Shown one piece after another: positions 53,892-64,000 of a DNA stretch of 64,000 bases; the stretch's first letter is position 1, and every line of letters starts with the position of its first letter. Position numbers and translations under genes: made by a program. The stretch comes from Octopus vulgaris (taxonomy: Eukaryota), in assembly GCA_951406725.2 (NCBI GenBank), contig OX597815.1, positions 93,186,001-93,250,000 on the forward strand, in the 5' to 3' direction. Under the pieces are notes generated by a model that did no database searches, had not been told where the DNA came from, and saw only the letters and a program-made list of their open reading frames with translations.

Positions 53892-55366
53892 CTACAAAGA
53901 AATATCAGGAAAAATGTAAGAAACACAATTTAACACGTGAAATATTTTACACTAAAAATAACATTTTGACAAAAAAAAAACAAACTAAAAATCAAGGCCG
54001 AGTTATATATAAGTATTTTTGACAAATTAACATCATTACACACTGATTTATTTGGACTAGTCTTCTGTTTCATTGCTCACCTAGCCAGTGGGGTGGCATC
54101 ATTTGAAGGCTAAAACAATACAAAGTGCATTGTGATCAGGGATGTATAACAACATCCCAGAGTCTGGTCAATCCTGTGATACTGTAACACACACACACAC
54201 ACACACACACACAATGAAAGTAATAAGTAATATTTCTAGCCAGAATATTTGGTATCTGCTGTCAACAATACAGTGATAGGTTGGAAAACTGATGTCATGG
54301 ACCAGTTTTGATTCCTGAAAGTAAACTAGTTTCATTCATAACAACAATCCTTAAAAAAATTCAGAGCTGCTAGTTTATTTCCTGAAGACATAGGGTTACA
54401 CACCTCCCCTCTGATGAATATTGCTTGCTACTAACAAACAATGAGGTATCAGAGATATTTAAAGTGTTTCTTTGTTCTTTGAAAATCAATTATAATACAG
54501 AAGGTAATAAAATGATGTAGAGAAGAAATCAGTTTCTGCTGAACAATGAAACTGATTTCAATTCTCAACCAAAGCAAATTTACATCAATTCCATCACTAA
54601 TATCTTAGAGAAAGGCACAAGCATCACAACCAAATATGTCAGCTTGTGTATGAGCAAGAAATCATAGATAAAGGGAAAAACTAATAAGTCTCTCAACATG
54701 ATAGCCCTGTTGACTAAAATTTTATGTTGTGTATCTTGGGCACATCAACATGAAAGTGACCATCATTCACCACAGAAATTGATGGATATTAGAAGTTACT
54801 GACACTCAGAAAGTACCAATATTTCATGTTTTATGACACTGCAAACTAACAACAAATAGTTGTTCCTACTCTGTGGTATCTATTTACAACTAGATTGACT
54901 AAGCCATTTAAGATAAGTATTTTTGCCCAGGAACTCAACCAGTACCATTGAAAGGATATGAACCACTGATTTTTCAGTCAGTAGTTCGAGTACTTTACTC
55001 CTTGGCCATGAAGGCATGATACAATCACAGTGTTAAAGCCATGACAAGAACCAGTGATGTCTTGGTTGGTAGTTCAGCACCCTGTTCCCATGGTTATTTG
55101 TGACCACAAGTAAAAGTTTCAGAATGTAGATGGCCAATGTTATATTTGATATCAAAAGTCCAACTTGACAGCGCATTAACACTGCTGTTGTTGTTATTCA
55201 GTCAGCTGTCAGAATTGTGGCATTCTTGTTGCTGTTTGTATAGGTCTGACAGAGCTTGCAAATGTTATTTTCCCATCAAATCAATGTGTATATAGAATTT
55301 TATTGTTGCTGGAAGCAGAGACATCAGGGGATGCAGGAAAAATGCAAGACCTGTTGGTTAACTTAC

Positions 55367-55444
55367 CTCTAAACCTTCTAGCATGCTTAAATGCATGGCA
55401 TCATTAGCTTTCTTTGGCACATTCACCATTACATCGAGCCCGTC
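55367..55444 (-). CDS. Trio: Trio/Kalirin RhoGEF exon: C-terminal helix of DH1 (DGLDVMVNVPKKANDAMHLSMLEGLE)
   Basis: ttgcag acceptor and GTAAGT donor; 78 nt, phase 0/0. The peptide closely matches the recalled TRIO/KALRN DH1 end DGLEVMLSVPKRANDAMHLSMLEGF. Confidence 0.95.
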
Positions 55445-56689
55445 CTGCAATAAAATAAATTTAACGTATATATTTGAATGTCACACACACATTTTTACAT
55501 GGATTAAAACATGTAAATACTGACATAAACAACACAACATGCTTATTATTCAGTTTTATTCAATGCTTATAACTTCTTCATAGCTTACATACCATTAAGA
55601 GATGAGATAAAAAAAAAGTATAATAGTATATGATAAAGATATGAGTGTGAGTGTTGTATGAGTGTATATGCTGTTTGTGTCAGTTATATGAGTGTGTCTG
55701 TGTTTGTTAAAAATAAATCAACAACTTAATGCGTAAACAAATTTAACTATTCAAATCTGAATATTTAGCCAAGTATCCTTTCATTAAGATATAGAAGTGA
55801 AGTGTGGTGCTACCAATTTAGATTGGTAGTGCCACACCTTAACATATCATAAATGCTGAGTCATGATAAGAGGATGAAGTTTAGGAATGTTGCATCATTT
55901 TGGAGAGGAAAGATTTTTAAAAGCAAAGAAGAAAGAGAAAATGTTCTTTAAATACTTTTATCGAAGAAAGACTGAAAGTATAGTCAGTAAGTTCTATATT
56001 AACTTAGTTTGCTCTCACTTGGAACCATTTCATATTTATCACTAATATTTCTAAGAAAGGTTTCCATGTAACAGCTTCTCCTGCCACCCTCCTCTATATA
56101 TAATTTTAAAAATCCCAAATAGAAGGAGGAAGTAAGAGGCTGGCCATTGTTGTAGAAGATAGATGTTTAGTATCATGGCTGTGTCAGCACAAATCAGGAT
56201 ATAACTGGGTAGGAAAGTGCCCTATATGACATGAATATATTTGTAGTTGGTGACAACTCGAAAGAGGAAGGCGAGAGTGTCAAAGAAATATCACTATGAG
56301 GAGTCACTTAGTAAGGAGGAATAAATATGATTTTTTAAATGAGTTTAACCCAGTGTTAAGGTTAAATAAAACCATCATTGTTGTAATATATAAAGCAATA
56401 ATACATTTTATTATTGATATCACTGTTGAAGACAAAAAAGTGGTATAGAAGTGCTATTGTAAGAGACTGTTGAATGTTGAGGATGCATGGGTTAGAGAAA
56501 GGCTGCCTCAAGCTGACCCTACAGAAGGGACCAGCAAGTCAAGTTGACAATACTGTGGTAGAGGGCCATTAGGGGAAGTGAAGGAGATGCTCAAAATATC
56601 TAGTGATAACCCTGATACATGATAACCACCCAGATAATTAATCAAGAGAAAAGCCATACACAATAGCTGGCATACATGTATCACTGTAA

Positions 56690-57600
56690 ACTGCTACAAG
56701 GGCAAAGGAGATGCCTTAGAGAGAGAAATTAAAGAGGAATCAAGCTACTGGATCAGGTTATGAACAACATAGAGTCATAACCTAACTGATCTGTAACAGA
56801 ATAAAGCTAAAGGAGATGCAGTTTGACTTTGTGCTTGGCAGAGGTACCATTGATGCAATCTTCTTAGTGAGGCAACTGTGAGATACTTGACTAAAATTAA
56901 ACCATTATTCCTGAAATTTGTTGACTTGGAGAAGACCTTTGACAGGATACAATGTTCAGTAATTTAATGGGTGCTAAGGAAACTGGGTTCAGATGAATGG
57001 TTTGTAAGGGCTCTACAGGTTATGTACAAAGATGTAGTAAGTGGGAATTAACAATAATTTCAGTGACAAATTTAAAGTGAAAGCAAGGATCCATCAAGAC
57101 TCACTCCTATATGTTGATGATTTAGATCTCAGAGCTAAATCAGTGGCATTAGAGAAGAAATTTCAGGCATAGAAACTACACTTAGAATTAAGAGGCCTCA
57201 AGATAAACTTAGAAAAGACTAAAGTTTTAGTAAGCCAGCAAAAAGACTAGACCTCAGTATCATCAAGGAAATGACTTTTCTCAGTATACAGAAAAAGAGT
57301 AGATATAAACTCTGCATGCTGTACCCAGCATAAATATGGACACATAAGAGGTGTAGTGGAATTATAGGCAGTCTAACTAAGAAAGTAAGCTTTGTAATAT
57401 GACAAATGTGCTGGAGTAATATGTACTATAAGCACATCAGAAATAAATTCTCGTATTATCCAGACAGCTCACAAGACGTAGTTGATAGCTTCTGTTAACT
57501 AGGGAACATTGTTAGCAGAAGAATTGGTTACATTGAGAAGAACAAGTCAGAAAAGGCTCAGGAGCTATCACAACTGCTGGTAACAAAAGTTTTTCTTCCT
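56690..57600 (+). mobile_element. RTE LINE reverse-transcriptase remnant
   Basis: EMQFDFVLGRGTIDAIFLVRQL...KPLFLKFVDLEKTFDR and LLYVDDL, with many stops and frameshifts. Confidence 0.85.
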
Positions 57601-57985
57601 CTCAGTGTGCTCATTGCACCAATGTCTTCCTCTACTTCCTTCATGTCTGGGTTCTCTTTGCTCTTCTCCTTCCCTCACTGCTCCCCACACACTCAGTCTC
57701 ATTTTATTTCATTGCTCTCTCCCCACTGCTACTTTACCTACTCTACACCCCTTCTCATCTTTCTCCCCACCACTAGCTGAACCCAACAGCCCCTATACTG
57801 CTTCCCCTCAATAATTCTCATGTGCCCAACCAACCAACCACTCACTCTATCACCTTTCTACTTGCTCCACCCATTTCTCAATAAGCCCCCCCCCCCACCG
57901 ACATTAATTCCTTATCTGTTTCCTACCATACCCCTCCCCACCAATTAGCACCTACTCCTTTACCACAACTATATATCTGTTCCTC

Positions 57986-58814
57986 TTATCTTGCCCCACC
58001 TTATACCCCTGCTTAGAATCATCATACCTCACTCTTCTATTCTCCCTCAGTTATAGGGGCCACTTTAGACTCTTATGTTGGCAAGTTACATGATAATCTT
58101 CACTGATGCTGGTGACATGAAAAAGCATCCAGTACAATTTGTAAAGTGGTTGGTGTTAAGAAGGGCTCCATCTGTAGAAAGCATGCCAAAGTAGACATTG
58201 GAGCATGATACAGTCCCCCAACTTGTCAGATCCAGTTGAACCATCCAACCCATACCAGCATGGAAACCATAAGTATGCAGCTGCTACTGATGATGTTTAT
58301 GTTGTTCCTTAAGTCAAAGGTAGTTGTTAAGATTATGACTATTATGAAAATGGTAGCAGAATGGGTTAGTGGGCAACTAGTTATTTTAGTATTGTTACAA
58401 ACAGAACTGTGTTGGGTTCACTTCAGGGATGAAATCAAAAATGAGGGTTTGATAGCTCAACACACAAAAGTGAAACAAAAAAAAAAACAGTAAAGAGAAG
58501 TAAGGCAGTCTTGGGATTGATGGTGTACAACTGTATCAGGACATGGGAACACGAATAGGGGGGGGGCATAAGTAGATATTTTTGTTATAATGAAGAAGCA
58601 GATAATTGGATAATGTACTGAACAAGTTATAGGTTCAAAACTACTGAAGGCATTTTGTTTTGTTTCAAAGCAGAGTTTTAAATTTCTACATTGTTATCTT
58701 ACCCCACCTTATACTTCTGCTTAGAATCATCGCACCTCTTTCTTCTATTCTCCCTCAGCTTCTGAGGCTACTTTAGATTGGCAAGTTACATGATGGTCTT
58801 CACTGATGTTGGTG
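57986..58814 (+). repeat. Local ~120-bp direct repeat (57986-58114 and 58694-58814)
   Basis: ttatctt.ccccaccttatac..ctgcttagaatcatc...tcttctattctccctcag...ggcaagttacatgat..tcttcactgatg.tggtg occurs twice. Confidence 0.8.
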
Positions 58815-59309
58815 CCTACATTTTGGGTTTATCACCAAATGTGTTTATTAAGCCTACATTTGATATCTCCTGCTTCTTTTATAGCCTCACATCTCTCTAC
58901 TATCTCCCTATCTATCTACCACTCATTCTCTTTCCACCCACCCTTTCTCCTGTTTCATTGTACTATGCAGCCGGTATAACTAGGAATGGCACTCGATCTG
59001 TCCAATCCGCTCTTCTCTCTGACAACCACTCTATTGCATCATGTTACTTGAAGAATGCAAACAGCAGTGAACCTGTCTGCACTCAATGCCCCTATCATAA
59101 TATCTTTCTCTCCCAACAAAACATCTAAGTATGAAGGATTGTATTAGATTTGTATGTAACCAATACACATTACCATCCCCATTATGTGCAACCAATCATC
59201 ACTCTTTATCATCCATGTCATACACTACTGTAATTCATAATGCTCTCTTAAAATTAATCTCTTACAATTTATCGCTCCATCTGTATCATATTTACATACA
59301 TAAAGCTTC

Positions 59310-60450
59310 TTAGTTAAAAGCATGATTAAGAATATGGAAACAAGGAAGGCAACTGGACCATTATGGGTATTCATCACTGAGATGCTGAAAATATCTGATG
59401 AAGTAAGACAAATGCTACTCACACATAGTCAATCAGGTAGTACAAAGAGGTGACATACACAATGACTACAAAAGCAAAGCAAATACTCTACAAAGAAGCA
59501 ACTAGAGAAACATCAAAATGATGGACCATCAGGTTATGTAGGTAAGAGAGATAGTACAACTAATCAGAGGATTCTTTAATATAAAAATTTTATTGGAAGT
59601 CACTTCCAACAAGATAACAAGCAACCAGCAATAAAACAGGTATTAAATAACCACTTGGTTTGTTGGGAGTCACAAAAGAAAAGAGAGAAAAATATTTAAT
59701 GAGTACCTGCCCTGAAAACCATAAAATGATCAACACAGATTTAAAACAATTACAATTGTATATAAACAAGGAAGGATTCCATAAGACAGAAGCACAGGAA
59801 AGAATCTACTAGAGTAGAAAGACTTCTTATGAGTGAAAGCATCATCAGTGAGAGGATGAAAATTATTAGAAAAATGACGCACTCAAGTAGTAACTTGAAA
59901 AGAGGAACCAGAGAAGAAACTTCAGCCTTGGAATAGGTAAGAACCAGGTAATGTGTACTAAACGTAAATTATCATGTGTGCACAAGAGATGCAGTAGGAG
60001 CATGGGTAGGCTTTGTGTGTGGCAGATGCTCAAAAGCAGACAACAGAAACAAATTCTTTCAAATGCTTTGAAGGCTCTCTAGAAGTAGTTGATAGCTTCT
60101 ATTACCTAGGTGACCTAATTAGCAATAGAGGTGGATGTCCTGAAAGCAAGGTATCATCATCATTTAATGTTTGCTTTCCATGCTGGCATGGGTTAGACGA
60201 TTTGACTGAAACTGGTAAGTTGGAGAGCTGCACCAGGTTCCAGTCTAATTTGGCATAGTTTCTACAGCTGGATGCCCTTCCCAATGCCAACCACTCCAAG
60301 AATGTAATGGGTGCTTTTTACATGCCACTGGCACTGCTGCCATTTACATGACACTGGCAATAGCCATGACTACAATCTCGCTTGGCTTGTTGAGTCTTCT
60401 CAAACACATCATATTGCCAAAGGTCTTGGTCACTTGTCATCACCTCCATG
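59310..60450. mobile_element. RTE fragments (+) interrupted by an RTE-tail repeat (-) at 60154-60450
   Basis: IKNMETRKATGP...ITEMLK and SLEVVDSFYYLGDLIS on plus; the tail repeat is in the opposite orientation. Confidence 0.65.
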
Positions 60451-61314
60451 AAGCCATCCAGAGTAAGAAAAGAGAAATGTCCAACCCAAGCCAGCCTGGG
60501 AAAATGAACTGCTTCTGATAGTGGTGGTGGTGGTGGTGGTGATGATGATGATATTATTACATACATCCCAATTACTATATTGAATTAATTGATAATTAAT
60601 GCAATAAAAGGAGTTTATTTTCTAGCCATCAACACAATATGGAATTTTATTGAACGATCTAGCAATGATGGTGGTGGTGGTGGTGGTGCTGACAGAAACT
60701 GGAGACTAAATGCCTTCATGTATCTTATTGCATACCTTTACATTTTGTCATTACCATCATTGTCATCAACAGCAATCATCACCATATAGTGTGTGTGTGT
60801 TTTATTTTTTAAAAATTATATTTTCTACAGACATTTACAGTGCACTCTCCATCTGATTATGGAGTAATTCATTAAACGCGCACACACGCACACATATTGT
60901 AAATAGAAACCTAAATACTATTCAAACTATGATGAAATCATTAAAGACTGTAAACAATAGAGATTGAAAGAAGATATCTAGAAAATGATATGCCTACAGA
61001 GTTGACCTAAAGATATCTAGAGAATGATATGACTGAGGAGTTGAACTGGGTAATAGACTAGTTAATTATGTCTAAGCTATCTATTTAGCCTAAGAATTCA
61101 TAGAATATAAGCACAAAGTGTACCAAGGTCAATGCATTGATGTCATTTTTTGTGTTCTAAACTGGTTTAATATACAACCAAAAAGAATTGATATCATTTT
61201 CAATTCAATTTATGGATATAACTGAATGGCTAAGATGCTGGTACAGCAGTAATCTTTAGAAGTACAGGGGAGGACAGTCAAAAGTTGAATATGCTCTCTT
61301 CTACTAGCTACAGT

Positions 61315-61382
61315 GAAGGCTAACACCTTCAATTGCTATGGGGAAGGCCAACACTTTCAATGGCTATGAGGAAGGCCAACAC
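61315..61382. repeat. 28-bp minisatellite, about 2.4 copies
   Basis: gaaggc(t/c)aacac(c/t)ttcaat(t/g)gctatg(g/a)g repeated. Confidence 0.8.
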
Positions 61383-63340
61383 TCACTAGCTAAGATAAAG
61401 ACTGAGTTCTCTCTATTCCACAAGCTATGATGGGAGCCATCAGACCTCTGCTTGCTATGTTGAGACTGACATTACAATCTACAAAAAAAGAAAATTCTCC
61501 CTCACAGTCTAACATGAACGATAATTCTCCATTAATAAACTTGATGGAGGCTATTTTCTCTTTTTCACTAACTACCTTTATTCTGTCAAGTAATTCTGTC
61601 ATCATTTTCAAAGTCAGGGTATCTTTGAATGCTTTCTGAAGCACTTAATGATACATCAGAACATCACTGTTTTAACATTCATTTCTCTGAAATTTGGCAT
61701 ATATTGTCATTTTTGTCCTATCTCATCTATGTAAAACAACTTCCCAAGATCTGACGCAACAGTTTTTCTCAGGTCCCCATTTTCTGGTATCTCAACTGAC
61801 AGCACTTCTAACTAGCACTCATTGTTTCATTATTTTTGGAATAGAGTTGTACTAATACCCACCTCACATAGAGTTACTGAACCTTGATCATATTAAAAGT
61901 TTGATTTTTTTTATAGTTAACAGTCCTAATAGCAGATTTAATAATTCAGAATGCCCAGAGGAATTCTCTATGAATAGCTATGGCTGATGTTTATTACAAA
62001 ATAAAATTAAACCACAGATCTGAAACTTTCCAAAAGAACTGTATTAGTGGAGTATGAGTAGATATATGATTTAAACAATGATTTTTAATTATTGTTTGTG
62101 GTCGTCTCAATACAGTAACAACAATGCCTGTTGCTTAGTGCCAGGTAAGACCTGATTGAGAAGACCTATGGTCAAAGATATTTCAAACATGTCCACCTGC
62201 CTTTTTTTTTCCCAGACACAGCATATCTAGGATTACATCGAGCATAACCTTCTTTTTCAAATACAAAAAAGTATGGGAACCTTGACAGTTATTGCATTAG
62301 TGGCAGGAATACCATATAGATAGAATGATACCCAAATGGTAAAACCAGTGATCTCACTGCAGCTGTTGACTTTAATAAGCATATTGGACAACACCATAAA
62401 GGTTCCCAAAGTTTGCCCTAGTAATCATAGTTGGAATGCTCTTGTTGCACTCATCTTGTCACTGTCTCCTGAAACTTTCCCAGTTATTTTGCTATCTCAA
62501 TACTCTTCCATCTCTCTCGTTCACTGACCTCTCTCCATATGGCTTCATGACACCCTCTTATCTATCTCCCTTATGCCCCATCACTTGCTAATATTCACAC
62601 ATACAATAAAAGAGGGATAGCACTATCTTCTATTTATCCCACCCATTCTTATTCTTTCTTCCTCTCTTCCACTAGTCTCTAGCAGTATTCTTTTGCTTCC
62701 AACATTGTCCCTTCTCTACCAACCTCTGATAGCAACAGTCATGTTCCATCACACTTTAACTCCTTAACACCTGCTTTAAATTAACTTATGTCAACCTCTC
62801 TCTTATTTTGCCTCTCAGAGTCGAGAGGGTTCTATGCCCTTGCAGAGTTACCAGGCAACATCACTAGTGCTAGTGTCATGAAAAAAATGCACCCAATAGA
62901 TTCTGTAAAGCGGTTGGTATTTAAATGGGCATCCAGATGTAGAAACTATGCCAAAGCTGAGAAGATTAAGTGAAACACCATCCTCTGACCCATAGAGGAG
63001 GGCAGTAACTCTGAAAAAGATCTGACATTATTTACAATGGACAGATAGTTGTCCTAAGCTTGTTTGTTGTTTCCACAACGATTCAGCTGATGTACTTTCC
63101 AGCCTTTATCAGGTGTTCTGGCAAAATTACAAACCCAACCCTTTATTTGACTAATGGGATACTCTGTTCTCATTCCTAAGGTATTCTTTTGCTTTTTTCT
63201 TTTTGCTGATGTTGTTTTTTGTTGATATTATTTCCCAAGTCACTGCTTAAGATTAAACTCAAAATTTGAGGATTAGTAGCCTGTGCTCTTATCTACTATG
63301 CTATATGCCCATATAGCATAGTGGGCATATAGTATAGTGG

Positions 63341-63950
63341 AGACCCAACTCTGAAAACAGAGAAGTCGTCACAGATCTTAATCAAGAACAAGGATTACTT
63401 CATACCAATGTAGTACAGACAACTGACCCAACCCTACAGTAAGCTGCCACACATGCACGGTTTTCATAAGGTTCATAAGGATGGTATTCCATTAAGACCT
63501 ATAGTGAGCTGTAGAGGTTTGGCATGTCATCTACTGAGCTGCTTCCTTGTGAATATAATCAGTCCATTAGTAGTTAAGTCAACATCGTATGTGAAAAATT
63601 CCACTCACTTCACTGAATTGTTCAAGGATACTCCCACTGGATCCAACCAGATGGTGAGTCTAGATGTGATAAGTCTGTTTATCAAAGTCCTAACTGATGA
63701 AGCACTATCAGTTGCTTCATCAGTTGATAGCGATGAAGCAACTGACGAACACCTCTCTAAAAGAACACACTAGTATACCAATAGGAAACATGATGGAAAT
63801 GTTGACTTCCTGCATAGAAACTTACCTACTTCAGAGTAGATACTAATATATATATATCGACAGAAAGAGGTTTTAGCTATGGGTTTGCCATTATCACAAG
63901 TAATAGCCAATATATATGTGGAATACTTTGATATATACATGGAATACTAT
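63341..63950 (+). mobile_element. Penelope-like element reverse transcriptase remnant
   Basis: HGFHKVHKDGIPLRPIVS...YVKNS...MVSLDVISLF and YRQKEVLAMGLPLSQVIANIYVEYF are PLE RT motifs; the frame is disrupted. Confidence 0.88.
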
Positions 63951-64000
63951 TAAGAAAAGATAAAATATTAGGCTTATAGGCCCAAAAATTCACTCTATAA

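Overview
AT-rich, microsatellite- and transposon-dense animal genomic DNA. The SINE, RTE and MITE families look like those of Octopus; this species call is inference. The whole window lies inside one minus-strand gene, a Trio/Kalirin/UNC-73 family RhoGEF. Six phase-compatible GT-AG exons (55444-55367, 53891-53709, 47577-47476, 46092-45947, 44609-44480, 594-339) encode the end of DH1, PH1, a Ser/Thr-rich linker and the first SH3 domain; the gene continues beyond both ends. A 43.9 kb intron separates linker and SH3 at the junction where vertebrate Kalirin-7 diverges. Inside it is a candidate internal first exon (14025-13939, MLLFRLLHWKQKVRDKRAESYDGTDSNVL) that splices in frame to the SH3 exon and would give an isoform lacking GEF1. 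The introns also hold decayed hAT, pogo/Tigger, piggyBac-like MITE, Helitron, RTE, L1/Tx1, Penelope and SINE elements. There are several fold-back structures that could be dsRNA/ADAR substrates, and a 3'-truncated Helitron with an atypical 32-bp flanking duplication. Most ORF-track entries are microsatellite or repeat noise. All family assignments come from recalled motifs, not database searches.
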